From a virus (Duplodnaviria > Caudoviricetes), in the IMG/VR virus record IMGVR_UViG_3300002052_000213, positions 1,236 to 65,235 of that record: DNA of 64,000 nucleotides; one strand, written 5' to 3'. Both the position numbers and the translations under genes were made by a program. Numbering within the stretch: position 1 is the first letter of the stretch; every line of letters begins with the position of its first letter. Shown here piece after piece: positions 30,724 through 41,159 of this stretch. Below the pieces are notes generated by a model. It was not told the DNA's origin, searched no databases, and worked only from the letters and a program-made list of their open reading frames with translations.

Positions 30724-31578
30724 TTACATATATCCTAGATATCTAAGACGTTCCATAATCTTATCTTTTTGTTTTCTTCCTTCTCTCTCTCCACCAGATG
30801 AAACATTTATTTCATATTGAAAATCATCTATTGTTGTAGCTTTACTTTCTATTGGAGTAGTACATTGCATACATCCTAAACTTCTAAATCTTAGACCATC
30901 TTTAGAGAAATATAAAGGATTAACTGGAACATCATATGTTTTAATATATTCCCAAATATCTAATTCGGTCCAATGTAATATTGGATGTACTCTTACATGC
31001 TCACAATCTTTACCAAAATCTGATTGATATAGTTCCCATAGTTCAGGTTCTACTAAAGACACTAAAGGAGCATCTCCTTCTTTAAGTTCTTCTTTAGTCT
31101 TCTCTCTAACTACTTTCCATTCCCACATATGTGTTCTTGGGCTAAAATAATGTTCTTTACTTCTTACTCCTAATTCATCCCATCTTATACCTAAAATAGC
31201 AGCATCATAATGTTCTTTCTGAAATAATTCCTTTAATGCCATAGTTTTTCTACACATACAACAATTAAATATTCCATCCTCACTTTCTAAATCTATTTCC
31301 TTACAATCTTCTTTCTTAGCTATCTTTAGTGGTATATGCCACCCAGAGGATATCATATCTCTGAACTTATACATTTGAGGAAATAATTTACCTGTATCTA
31401 TATGTACTATATCAAATGGTATTTCATAAAACATATTAAATATCATATGTAACAATACTGTACTATCTTTACCAGTACTCCATAACATACATGGTTTCTT
31501 GAATCTAGCTTTAGCTTCTCTTAGAATAAATTCTGTTTTACTTATTAAACTTTTTAAATCTCTATAGTAATATTTCAT
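30724..31578 (-). CDS. cysD: Sulfate adenylyltransferase subunit 2 (CysD)
   Basis: PP-loop WSTGKDS, HIDTG, RWDE..RSKE..FSPR, PELW, HVRVHPILHWTELDIW, RFRSLGC..CT, EREGR, ME.L...GY. Confidence 0.88.
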   Translation of the reverse strand: MKYYYRDLKSLISKTEFILREAKARFKKPCMLWSTGKDSTVLLHMIFNMFYEIPFDIVHIDTGKLFPQMYKFRDMISSGWHIPLKIAKKEDCKEIDLESEDGIFNCCMCRKTMALKELFQKEHYDAAILGIRWDELGVRSKEHYFSPRTHMWEWKVVREKTKEELKEGDAPLVSLVEPELWELYQSDFGKDCEHVRVHPILHWTELDIWEYIKTYDVPVNPLYFSKDGLRFRSLGCMQCTTPIESKATTIDDFQYEINVSSGGEREGRKQKDKIMERLRYLGYM

Positions 31579-32389
31579 TTAACTCAACTTCTTTTACTAT
31601 AATATTTCCTTCATATTCGTATGATATAGCTACTTTATTTCTTCTTCCGAAACATGGATATGCTGATATAACGAAATCTTTAGTTCTTATAACTTTATCC
31701 ATATTTAAAATATTAAAGATATTATCACTAGACAATATTCCTTCTCCTTGAAAAGTTAATGGATGAGAACTCCATATTGGAACATGTAAAGTTTCTTCAT
31801 CAAAATGTTTCCCTATTGGAAACTTATATTTTTTTAAATCTGTCTTTGAACCATGATCTGAAGTAATTACAATATTATCAAATATTTCTCTATATTTTTC
31901 TATAATAGGATTAATTTCTCCATAACAGAATTTAAGTTCTTCTTCATATGTTTTATGAATGAAATGATGTTTACTCATTACAAAATGTCCTCCTCTTAGA
32001 TGAATAAATATAATTAATGATTCTTCATTTACAGTAACATTAATGTCCTTTTCTATTTGTTTTATAATTTCTTTTTTAGATGTATTTACATTAATTTTAC
32101 TTAAAATTGGAAGGAAAGAATATTTTTTACTAATTTTATAATCATCAAAGATAGTTCTATAGGTATGAAAACACATTCCAGCTCTCCATATTTTTCCTTT
32201 ATCTTTAATAGAATATAAAAGAAGTTCAGGAGTTGTTAATCCAGTTATCATTGAAAATATAGATGGAAGAGTCCAATTACAATTAGCTATACATTCATAT
32301 TTATAAAAATCTTTAAAATTTAAAATGTGCGAATAAGAATAATTAACAGCATCTAAAACAACAAATAAAGTTCTCATTTTTTCTCCCAA
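31562..32389 (-). CDS. Alkaline phosphatase/sulfatase-superfamily protein
   Basis: VVLDAV, WTLPSIFSMITG, TSDHG, HVP. Confidence 0.75.
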   Translation of the reverse strand: MGEKMRTLFVVLDAVNYSYSHILNFKDFYKYECIANCNWTLPSIFSMITGLTTPELLLYSIKDKGKIWRAGMCFHTYRTIFDDYKISKKYSFLPILSKINVNTSKKEIIKQIEKDINVTVNEESLIIFIHLRGGHFVMSKHHFIHKTYEEELKFCYGEINPIIEKYREIFDNIVITSDHGSKTDLKKYKFPIGKHFDEETLHVPIWSSHPLTFQGEGILSSDNIFNILNMDKVIRTKDFVISAYPCFGRRNKVAISYEYEGNIIVKEVELNEILL

Positions 32390-33003
32390 TATGGTCCAAT
32401 ATTAGTAAACCCTTCTTTATTTAATATTTTAGTACATACTCCCTTTGCTCCACTATGCCAAGAAATAAATAATTTCATTTGAGGATTATTTCTTAACAAA
32501 TTTATCATTCCTGGTATAGCATATCTTTCTGCTCCTTGAATATCTAGTTTAATTAAATCTAAACGATCTTTAATTATTTCATCTAGTGCTATTACTCTAT
32601 ATTTACTCCAAGGAGGATATGTTCTACCTGGAGGTGTAGAATGTTGTAAATCAGATAATCCAAGACACAATGGTATTACATTTTTAAATCCATTAATAAA
32701 GGTAGCAATCATTAACCTAGTAAAATGTTTATAATATGGTTCAAAAGCATATACTATTCCTGTATTTTCCATTTTCTTAGCAGCTAAGAATGCATAATAT
32801 CCAGTTTGTGATCCACCATCTACCACTATCATATCCTTCTCTACTACACCTTTCCAAGATTCTGATTGTCTATTTTCCCATCTACCTGAATTTGCTATTG
32901 ATTTTTCACTTGATCCTTTACTAGTTTTAGAGAAGCAATATTTAATTCCAAAGTGTTCTATTATTTCATAATCATCTAGAATTGTATTTGAAATTTTATT
33001 CAT
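32374..33003 (-). CDS. FkbM-family methyltransferase
   Basis: VDGGSQTGYY, VYAFEP, LIKLDIQGAE. Confidence 0.85.
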   Translation of the reverse strand: MNKISNTILDDYEIIEHFGIKYCFSKTSKGSSEKSIANSGRWENRQSESWKGVVEKDMIVVDGGSQTGYYAFLAAKKMENTGIVYAFEPYYKHFTRLMIATFINGFKNVIPLCLGLSDLQHSTPPGRTYPPWSKYRVIALDEIIKDRLDLIKLDIQGAERYAIPGMINLLRNNPQMKLFISWHSGAKGVCTKILNKEGFTNIGPYWEKK

Positions 33004-33769
33004 TTAAATCAACTTCTAACCAAGGAATTTCCAATAGAGTTCTATATTGATGCAAATCTGGTCCATGACCTACATAACCATTCTCTTCAGGAAATCCTAA
33101 TGCTTCTCCATGATCTGAGCTTATTACTACTTTCTTATTCTTAGGAATTTCTTTTAATAAATTCTTAACTTCGTCTAATATCAATATCACATTGCTGATA
33201 TATCCTTCTCTACATTCATCTATGCTTAAATTTCCTCTTTTAACATAATCCCACATTATTCCCTGAAATCTCTTTCTTTCATCTATATTCATTTCCTGTA
33301 AATGTTTCTTTTCTTTGTTTTCTGTCCATTCTAAAAGAAGTCCCCTTCCTTTATTTCCTTGTGGATGTTCTAACCAAGGAAAGTGAGGTTGTAAATAATG
33401 AATTATTATTCTTTTATCTGGATATTTTTTAATTGTATTTATACCTATTCTAGTTATAGTATCTGGTCTTACTCCATTTAACTCTTCATCCCATCCTATA
33501 TCCCAAGCATCTACAATAGTAAAGAAATGCTCTCTATTTATTTTACTTAATTTAAAATTCGTAACCATAGGATTTCCAGATACATATATTAATTCAGGGT
33601 ATGGTTTAGTGAAGTTATCTCTTAACCACATCCAAGTTCCAGTATTAAGAGATTCTACTTTCTTTAATTTGCCTTTAATATTATTAAACATCTCAAATAC
33701 GTCATATCTCATAGCATCTAACAATATTAAAATATCCCATTTCTCTTTCATAACTTTTATTTTTTTCAT
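32996..33769 (-). CDS. Alkaline phosphatase/sulfatase-superfamily protein
   Basis: LLDAMRYD, HYLQPH, SSDHGE, GH, EIPW. Confidence 0.75.
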   Translation of the reverse strand: MKKIKVMKEKWDILILLDAMRYDVFEMFNNIKGKLKKVESLNTGTWMWLRDNFTKPYPELIYVSGNPMVTNFKLSKINREHFFTIVDAWDIGWDEELNGVRPDTITRIGINTIKKYPDKRIIIHYLQPHFPWLEHPQGNKGRGLLLEWTENKEKKHLQEMNIDERKRFQGIMWDYVKRGNLSIDECREGYISNVILILDEVKNLLKEIPKNKKVVISSDHGEALGFPEENGYVGHGPDLHQYRTLLEIPWLEVDLNE

Positions 33770-34332
33770 TTTAACATACCTATTTTAGTTTCCAATTCTT
33801 TTATAATATTTTTTACTTTATTTAAATTTTTAGATAATATAGTTATTCCATGCCTCTTACTATAAGAAGTAAATTCATATTTATATATATTAGAAAATAA
33901 TTCAATTGCCTTTAATTCTTTAGGGTTTATAGTTGTATTTTTCATCACTATAAACCCATCTTCTTTAAGAAGATTATGTATAAGTGTTAATTGTTTAAAG
34001 TAATGAGATTTATCTGAATTTAGATCTAAATCAACAAAGCACATATCTACTTGAATATCTAAATTAGGAAGAACATCTAAATCATATCCTTCTATAAATT
34101 TCCAATGTGGATGATTTTTATATCTTACAATAAATTGTTTTCCTCTTCCATTATCTATACTATATAATATTCCCTCTAACCCTAATAACATAATCCTTGT
34201 TGATCTACCAATACCTATTCCTAATTCTAAAATAGTACCATTTCCTATAGATTTAGCTAGTTCATATAATAGAATACCATGTTCATGTAAATAATCTCCA
34301 CCTATTCTACGAATTTTATTATAAATTTCCAT
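33766..34332 (-). CDS. Class I SAM-dependent methyltransferase
   Basis: ILELGIGIGRST, LYSID, LKEDGFIV. Confidence 0.8.
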   Translation of the reverse strand: MEIYNKIRRIGGDYLHEHGILLYELAKSIGNGTILELGIGIGRSTRIMLLGLEGILYSIDNGRGKQFIVRYKNHPHWKFIEGYDLDVLPNLDIQVDMCFVDLDLNSDKSHYFKQLTLIHNLLKEDGFIVMKNTTINPKELKAIELFSNIYKYEFTSYSKRHGITILSKNLNKVKNIIKELETKIGMLK

Positions 34333-35449
34333 TATCCCACTTCTTTACAGTTTTAATAATATAATGAACATCTTCATTAGTTAAATCTTGATGAATAGGA
34401 ATATGCATAATATTTTTTTCTGTTCTTTCAGTATTTAATAAATCCTTTCTTATTGGACCAAATATGGACCATTTATCATTCCTATGATAAAGTTGACTAA
34501 CTTCTATATTGCTTTTCTTCATATATTTAGCAAAGTTATTTCTAGCCCATACATGAATTGGGAATATCCAATAATTAGAAGTTTTATTCTGAGAATAATC
34601 TAATAAATGTACATTTCCTAAGAAGGATAATTCTTCAATATATCTTTCAGCAATTTCTTGTCTTCTTTTATATACTTCATCAAAATATTTTAAAGATTCT
34701 ATCCCAAATGTAGCTGTAATGTCATTCATGTTATATTTATATCCTAAATTATAGATATCTTTAGGAAATGTTCCTAAGTCTGTACTTACTCTATCTTTTT
34801 TATTTATACCAAACCATGAAAGAGTTTCTAGAAAATGTTTGATAAAGATATCATCTGTAACTACTGCTCCACCATCTCCACATGTAATAATCTTTACTAC
34901 TTGAAATGAGAAGCATACAAATTCATTTTTATAAAAGTTACCAATATATCTATTCTCAAATTTAGATCCTAAAGCTTGTGCTGCATCTTCTATAAGTACC
35001 AAATTATTTCTAATAGCTATTTTATGAAGTTCCCATAAATCACATGGATAACCAGCATAATGTACACACATTATTGCTTTAGTTTTATCTGTTATTCTAT
35101 GTTCTATATCTTTAGGATCTATATTTAATGTTTCATATTTTATATCAGCAAATACTGGTTTAGCATTTTGTTCTAATATGGAAGTGTTAGTAGCTTCCAT
35201 AGTCCAAGGAGTAGTTATTACTTCATCTCCTACTCCTACTCCTGCTACTGCTAAAGATAATCTTAAAGCACTAGTGCATGAATTAGTAAGAATTAAATAA
35301 GGAAATCTAAATTTATCTTCTAGTAATTCAGTAAAAAGTTTAGCCTTTTCTCCTGTGTTTAGCCATCCACTATCTATAGTTTTCTTTACTTCCTCACTAG
35401 CTTCTTTTGGGATGAATGGCGAGAACAATCTTATAGTATCTTTATGCAT
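34319..35449 (-). CDS. DegT/DnrJ/EryC1/StrS sugar aminotransferase
   Basis: NSCTSAL, GDEVI, IEDAAQALG, SFQVVKIITCGDGG (PLP lysine). Confidence 0.93.
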   Translation of the reverse strand: MHKDTIRLFSPFIPKEASEEVKKTIDSGWLNTGEKAKLFTELLEDKFRFPYLILTNSCTSALRLSLAVAGVGVGDEVITTPWTMEATNTSILEQNAKPVFADIKYETLNIDPKDIEHRITDKTKAIMCVHYAGYPCDLWELHKIAIRNNLVLIEDAAQALGSKFENRYIGNFYKNEFVCFSFQVVKIITCGDGGAVVTDDIFIKHFLETLSWFGINKKDRVSTDLGTFPKDIYNLGYKYNMNDITATFGIESLKYFDEVYKRRQEIAERYIEELSFLGNVHLLDYSQNKTSNYWIFPIHVWARNNFAKYMKKSNIEVSQLYHRNDKWSIFGPIRKDLLNTERTEKNIMHIPIHQDLTNEDVHYIIKTVKKWDNGNL

Positions 35450-36677
35450 TTTTAATTCTCCATTTATTAGATAAAATAAAATCTCTTAAATGATTAAAAT
35501 GTTCTGTTAATTCTTCACTACTACAGAAATCAGTTTCTATAACTGATTTAGAAGGATATCTAAAGAAATATTTAGAAAAATCTCTGGTAATAATTCTAAC
35601 TCCATATTTCTCTGGATTCTTCCATATATCACAACTAGGAAATGGGATAAATAATGTAACTGGAGCTTTATCTGGTTGAGTATCTATAACAAATTGTTTA
35701 GTTTTCTCTATAGTTTCCCATGTTTCACCTGGGAGTCCAGCCATTAAAAATAATTTTACTCCTATATTATATTCCTTAAGTATTTCAATAGCTTTTTTAG
35801 ATTGATTAACCGTTATTCCTTTATTCATTAATTTAAGTATACTATCATCTGCTGTTTCTATACCTAAGTTTACTTCTTTACATCCCATTCTAACTAACAT
35901 TTCACATATTTCATCATTTAAAGCATCTACTCTAGCTTGACATCTAAACAATATATGTAAAGATTCAAATACTAGAGTTAATTCTCTGAGTCTTTTTTTA
36001 TTCATAGTAAAATGATCATCTAATAAATCAAAATGTCTACAATTATATCTTTCAATTAAGAACTTTATCTCATTAGCAACATATTCTGTGCTATGAAATC
36101 TTACCGATTGAGGAATATTAGCACAGAAAGCACAGTTATATGGACAACCTCTAGATGTTATAATGGTAGTTGCAATTGGATCTTCATCATAAATAAATCC
36201 ATATCCGCCCCATACACTCTTAGTTACTATTCTATTATCTTTCATTAAATGTCTAGCTGGAAATGGAATAGAATCTATATTTTTAATACTTTCACCATAT
36301 ATTATACCTTTATTTCCATTAGCAATTAAATCTAATATTGTTTTTTCTCCATCTCCAACAATTATATTATCATAATATCCTAGAAAGTCTTCAGGTAGAT
36401 TACTAGCATGAGCACCACCTATAACTGAATTACCATCTCTTTTACTGAGATATTTTCCAATCTTCTTTGCATCCTCAGCTTCTGTAGTTGTTGCAGTTAC
36501 TCCGTATAAATCACCTTTGGGTATTAAATTAAGATTAGAATTTTCTCTTAAATCACATATTTTAACTCTATGACCTTCCTTCTCTAGTATTGCTCCTATA
36601 TACAATAAACCTAATGGGGGATATACTGTAGGTTCATTTAATAAAGGAGCTGGTGGAATTATTAGAATTATTTTCAT
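35442..36677 (-). CDS. Cobalamin-binding radical SAM enzyme
   Basis: PPLGLLY, GGAHA, SRGCPYNCAFC, GIET, GLPGET. Confidence 0.9.
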   Translation of the reverse strand: MKIILIIPPAPLLNEPTVYPPLGLLYIGAILEKEGHRVKICDLRENSNLNLIPKGDLYGVTATTTEAEDAKKIGKYLSKRDGNSVIGGAHASNLPEDFLGYYDNIIVGDGEKTILDLIANGNKGIIYGESIKNIDSIPFPARHLMKDNRIVTKSVWGGYGFIYDEDPIATTIITSRGCPYNCAFCANIPQSVRFHSTEYVANEIKFLIERYNCRHFDLLDDHFTMNKKRLRELTLVFESLHILFRCQARVDALNDEICEMLVRMGCKEVNLGIETADDSILKLMNKGITVNQSKKAIEILKEYNIGVKLFLMAGLPGETWETIEKTKQFVIDTQPDKAPVTLFIPFPSCDIWKNPEKYGVRIITRDFSKYFFRYPSKSVIETDFCSSEELTEHFNHLRDFILSNKWRIKNA

Positions 36678-36688
36678 TTATATCCACA

Positions 36689-37660
36689 TTAGAAATTGAG
36701 TATACTTTTCCAATAACTTTCATTATTTTTGTACCATTGAATAGTCTTCTTTATACCATTTGCTAAAGTTTCTTTCGGTTTCCAATTCAATTCATATCTC
36801 ATCTTATTTCCATCTAGAGCATATCTGAAATCATCTTTTAATCTATACCCAGAGAATCCTTTAAATAAATATTCCTTATTCATTAATTTTAATATTAAAT
36901 TAACTATATCAGGTACTGATTTATATGTAGCTGGTGGTATATGATATATTTCTCCCACATTTCCCTTAGTTGCTATTACATCCATAGCATTACTAGAATC
37001 TCCTACATATATCCATCCTCTAATAGACTCTCCTTTATATAATGTGAATGATTCTTCAGATAGAGCCTTAGTAATTATTTTAGCTATTAATTTCTCTGGG
37101 TGTTGATATGGACCAAACATATTCATAGATCTTACAAATACTACTGGAACTTTAAAACACTCACTATAAGATCTACAATACATTTCTGCAGAAGCTTTAG
37201 AAGCTGAGTAAGGATTCTGAGGATAAAATCTACTATCTTCTTTATAATATACGCCTAATGGTGCATCACCAAATATCTCATCTGTACCCATATAGATAAA
37301 TAATGGTTTCTTTTTTAGATATCTAATTATTTCTAATAGTGAAACTGTGCCTAAGATATTATTTCTTATGAACTCTTCGACACACATAAAACTTTTATCT
37401 ACATGTGTAGAAGCTGCTAAATGATATACTATCTCAGTATTGTTTCCTATGGTTTCCTGAAATAGTAGTTTATTATTAATATCTCCAGATATAAACTTAT
37501 AATTAGGATTTTCTTCTAAATCTTTCATATATATAGGATTAGAATCATAAGTACTTTTATCATAGTTAATAATTATCTTATCTTTATATGTATCTAATAA
37601 ATATCTTATTAGATTAGTACCAAAGAATCCTGAACCACCTGTTACAATTATTTTATTCAT
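36689..37660 (-). CDS. rfbB: dTDP-glucose 4,6-dehydratase
   Basis: TGGSGFFG, HLAASTHVDKS, TDEIFG, PYSASKA, FGPYQHPEKLI. Confidence 0.9.
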   Translation of the reverse strand: MNKIIVTGGSGFFGTNLIRYLLDTYKDKIIINYDKSTYDSNPIYMKDLEENPNYKFISGDINNKLLFQETIGNNTEIVYHLAASTHVDKSFMCVEEFIRNNILGTVSLLEIIRYLKKKPLFIYMGTDEIFGDAPLGVYYKEDSRFYPQNPYSASKASAEMYCRSYSECFKVPVVFVRSMNMFGPYQHPEKLIAKIITKALSEESFTLYKGESIRGWIYVGDSSNAMDVIATKGNVGEIYHIPPATYKSVPDIVNLILKLMNKEYLFKGFSGYRLKDDFRYALDGNKMRYELNWKPKETLANGIKKTIQWYKNNESYWKSILNF

Positions 37661-38007
37661 TTAACTTTACTCCTAAGTTCTTCATCAGTTATTGTTTCTT
37701 TATTAGGTTCCCACCATTCCATTATCCAATTATCAGCTTTAGATTCTAGAAGATGCGGAATATTGGGAGGGCAAACTATCATGTTTCCTTCTTTTAATTC
37801 AAATCTTATATCCTCTTTAGGATATTTATGAATAAATATTACTTCACCTTTAAGTATCACTCTGTACTCTAAAACATTATGTGAGTGCCCACCTCTTAGA
37901 TATCCTTTCTTAGTAAAGAATATCATAAGCTCTTGTAAAGGATCATCTTGTAACCTAAAAGAATAAACTTCTCCTCTCTTATCACTTTGTTCTAATTTAA
38001 ATCTCAT
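37657..38007 (-). CDS. Cupin, possible sugar 3,4-ketoisomerase (QdtA/FdtA-like)
   Basis: DKRG, RGGHSH, PPNIPH. Confidence 0.65.
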   Translation of the reverse strand: MRFKLEQSDKRGEVYSFRLQDDPLQELMIFFTKKGYLRGGHSHNVLEYRVILKGEVIFIHKYPKEDIRFELKEGNMIVCPPNIPHLLESKADNWIMEWWEPNKETITDEELRSKVK

Positions 38008-38008
38008 A

Positions 38009-38755
38009 TTATTTCACTCTAAACCAAGGTACTTTCCTTAAAGCTTCATTCACTATTCCTTTACCATGACCAAATGTTTCACCTTTATATCCTAACATTT
38101 CTCCATGATCTGATGTTATATATACAACCTTATCAGTATTAATATTCTCAATAAGTTTTTTAACCTCTTCTAAGACAATTAAAAAATTAGCTATGTATCC
38201 TTCTCTCACTTCTTCTACATTTACTTTATCTCCAACATATTGCCATACCATTCCTTCAAGTTTCTGTAATTCTTCTCTAGTTAGAAATCTTTTATTTTTA
38301 TCTTGTAAATAATCTCTCAGATTACCTCTTCCAACTCTTTTCTTAAATGATAGAAAGGGAGAATGTGGTTGCAGATAATGTATTATAAATCTCTTATCTG
38401 GATTCTCATCCATAGCTTGAATACTTGCTCTAGTAACTGAAGAAGGATGTACTGCATTTATTTTTTCATCCCAAGCCCAATCCCATACTTCTATGAGTCT
38501 ATAAAATGGATTTTCAATTTTTAACTTATTGTTTAACTTCCATTCTGATACCCAAGCATTTCCTGATACATATACTATATCTTTACATTCTCTATCAAAG
38601 TTATTATAAACCCATTCCTCTGTACAAGAACCTAAAGAATATCTAGGTTCTAATGTTCCAGATATATCATTGAATAATTCAAATACATCATATCTACATG
38701 CATCTAATATTATGAGAATATCCCATTCTTCATCTAATATTTTAAGAGCTTTCAT
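38009..38755 (-). CDS. Alkaline phosphatase/sulfatase-superfamily protein (paralog of 32996-33769)
   Basis: ILDACRYD, HYLQPH, TSDHGE, KVPW. Confidence 0.75.
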   Translation of the reverse strand: MKALKILDEEWDILIILDACRYDVFELFNDISGTLEPRYSLGSCTEEWVYNNFDRECKDIVYVSGNAWVSEWKLNNKLKIENPFYRLIEVWDWAWDEKINAVHPSSVTRASIQAMDENPDKRFIIHYLQPHSPFLSFKKRVGRGNLRDYLQDKNKRFLTREELQKLEGMVWQYVGDKVNVEEVREGYIANFLIVLEEVKKLIENINTDKVVYITSDHGEMLGYKGETFGHGKGIVNEALRKVPWFRVK

Positions 38756-39492
38756 TTTAGTGCTTCCATAAGTCTCTTTTTTCTAGGTAAAATATAACCT
38801 TCTTTTACAACATCTTCTAAAGGAAATACAGGCATATTTTTCATAAATTCTATCAAGTCTTCAAAAGTATTTACATTATATTCATCATATAAACTTCTAA
38901 CATTAGGTAACTTCTTTAATTTCCCTTGAAGTATCTCTAATCTTTTTCTATAATGTTCATTGTCTATATTTCTAAAATGTACTATAATATGTTTTATTTT
39001 TTTAAATATAGGAGATGTACCACTAAATCTAGCATCTATCATATCATGAGTTTCGTTTCTAGGATTATAATATCTCAATTTATCTACTGGTCCTCCCCTA
39101 AATTGTGGATCAGGGTATCTTTCTTTCTTACATTTATCTTGATAAACAATAGTTGCTCTTGCTGACACTGGAAATGCGTCAGATTCCTTTTCCCATAAGT
39201 CTTTTAATTCATCATATATATCTACATTAATCATTTCATCAGAGTCTAGATAATAAACATGAGAAGTTTTACATTCTCTAATAAGAAAATTATAAGCATT
39301 TATCCATTTACCTGTTATTTGTGGTCCTGTAAATACTGTAACATTATCCTGTTTTTCTAAATATTCTAATGTTCCATCAGTAGAATTTGAGTCAAGAACA
39401 ATTATATCATCAAATTTCTTTAAACTCTCTATACAGTGTTTAATAGAGTATATACAATTATATGTTAAAACTATACCAGTAATTGTTATCAT
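38752..39492 (-). CDS. Glycosyltransferase family 2
   Basis: VLTYN, LDSNSTDGT, LDSDE. Confidence 0.88.
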   Translation of the reverse strand: MITITGIVLTYNCIYSIKHCIESLKKFDDIIVLDSNSTDGTLEYLEKQDNVTVFTGPQITGKWINAYNFLIRECKTSHVYYLDSDEMINVDIYDELKDLWEKESDAFPVSARATIVYQDKCKKERYPDPQFRGGPVDKLRYYNPRNETHDMIDARFSGTSPIFKKIKHIIVHFRNIDNEHYRKRLEILQGKLKKLPNVRSLYDEYNVNTFEDLIEFMKNMPVFPLEDVVKEGYILPRKKRLMEALK

Positions 39493-40817
39493 TTTTTAGT
39501 TTCATTCCTTTCTATTACTTCATCTAAATCTTCTATTGTCTTTTTCATTTTCTTTTTAATTTGTTTCTTTTTGATTTTCTTATATAATTTTCTAAATTCC
39601 TCTTGCTTCTTCTTATCTTCCATATTTCTTTTCTTTTGTTCTAGTTTAGGAACTTCTTCTAAGAATGGAATCCAATAATTTTCCACTACTCTATCCCAAT
39701 CATAATCCATAGCTAACTTTCTAGCTTTGTTGCCAAATGTAATTATTTTCTTAGGATGATTATATGCATCTTCTATAGTATCTGCTATTGAATATACATC
39801 TGGTAAAGCAGTACAAGCATTAATAGCTGTGGTTAATATATTTTCTCCACTACAGAAATTTTTAACTAACCATCCACATTTACCATAATCTACCATTTCA
39901 CTCATACTGGAGAAATCAGTTACTATGTTAGGTCTTCCACATGCATTAGATTCCATAATAGGAAGACCAAATCCTTCTCTCTTAGATGGGTATAATTGAA
40001 AATCAAATGAATTATACATTAAACACATTTCCTCATCTGTTAATCTAATATGAGACAAAACTGGATCAGTAAATCTAACTATTTCATCTAATCCTTGCTT
40101 ATGCACAAATCTTGGTAAAGGTAACCCTCTAGTGTCTGTTGGATTAGTGTGACAATATACAAATATATCTTTTCTAGCATCTGGGTTATTATCAAAAAAT
40201 AATCTTAATGCAACAAAACATCTAGCCCATGATTTTCTATCTTCTTTATCACTATTAGCAGCTACTCTACCAATTACTACTGCTTCTGGAGGAAATCTAG
40301 TTTCTTTTCTAGCTTCTTTTATAGGTATTGGATGATATGTTTTAACATCTACTCCATGAGGAACATAATAACTATCTATTCCTACATTCTTTAATTCCTC
40401 CATTTGAAACTTACATAGAGCTAGAACATAGTTATATTCCTTAGTTAAATTAATTAATTCCTCTGGATAGTTAGTATGATCTTGTGGAGAATATAAAACA
40501 TTTATAAAAGGCATCTTAGGAAACCAAGGAAATGCCCACCAATCTGTATGTAATATACACATATCTGGTCTAAGTCTCTTAGCATGTAATTGACAAGATA
40601 CTTTACCAAATTGACCTATCTTGCTAGGTAAATGAGGTACTCCTTCAATTTTCATAGTACCTCCTGGCTCTAAACCATAATATGCTGACACAAATACATT
40701 ATATCCTCTTTGTATTATTCTACTAGTTACATTTCTAGTTACATTACCATATCCACTTTTAACAAATGCAGCTACAGAGTGCCATAAAATTCGTAATAAT
40801 TCTTTTTCATTAGACAT
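39489..40817 (-). CDS. Glycosyltransferase family 4 (GT-B)
   Basis: SGYG, VPHGVD, PSKREGFGLPIMESNACG. Confidence 0.9.
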   Translation of the reverse strand: MSNEKELLRILWHSVAAFVKSGYGNVTRNVTSRIIQRGYNVFVSAYYGLEPGGTMKIEGVPHLPSKIGQFGKVSCQLHAKRLRPDMCILHTDWWAFPWFPKMPFINVLYSPQDHTNYPEELINLTKEYNYVLALCKFQMEELKNVGIDSYYVPHGVDVKTYHPIPIKEARKETRFPPEAVVIGRVAANSDKEDRKSWARCFVALRLFFDNNPDARKDIFVYCHTNPTDTRGLPLPRFVHKQGLDEIVRFTDPVLSHIRLTDEEMCLMYNSFDFQLYPSKREGFGLPIMESNACGRPNIVTDFSSMSEMVDYGKCGWLVKNFCSGENILTTAINACTALPDVYSIADTIEDAYNHPKKIITFGNKARKLAMDYDWDRVVENYWIPFLEEVPKLEQKKRNMEDKKKQEEFRKLYKKIKKKQIKKKMKKTIEDLDEVIERNETKK

Positions 40818-40819
40818 TA

Positions 40820-40843
40820 AACATCTCTCAAAAGAGAGATGTT
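40820..40843. promoter_or_regulatory. Perfect 10-bp inverted repeat directly upstream of the glycosylation island
   Basis: AACATCTCTC-AAAA-GAGAGATGTT, 2 nt from the ATG at 40817. Confidence 0.55.
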
Positions 40844-40859
40844 ACAACATCTTTATTTA

Positions 40860-41159
40860 TCATATCTCTACTATAATTTTTCCCCATATACCTTTAAAAG
40901 TATCTAAATCATACTTTGTTAGAATTTCATCTAACTCTTCCCATGAGGAAAAATTCTTATTATCACTTTGCACTAATCCAGCTTTAGTTATTAAAGCATA
41001 TGTCTGAAAGTCTTCTGCTACCTTTACTATGATATTTGATATTAATATTAGAAACCCACCAATTTCTTTATCTTTGTATTTCTTTCTATTTTTTACATAC
41101 TTTACTACTTCTTCAAATGTTTTCTTATTCCAGAACATATAATGATGTTCAACTCTCAT
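40860..41159 (-). CDS. Hypothetical protein
   Basis: Coupled ORF. Confidence 0.55.
   Translation of the reverse strand: MRVEHHYMFWNKKTFEEVVKYVKNRKKYKDKEIGGFLILISNIIVKVAEDFQTYALITKAGLVQSDNKNFSSWEELDEILTKYDLDTFKGIWGKIIVEI

Noticed and set aside
30724-31578. PAPS-reductase-family gene as DndC of a phosphorothioation system
   Set aside because: Carries CysD-specific motifs (KE..FS.R, PELW, RFRSLGC, ME....GY), and no dndA/B/D/E or ssp genes are seen
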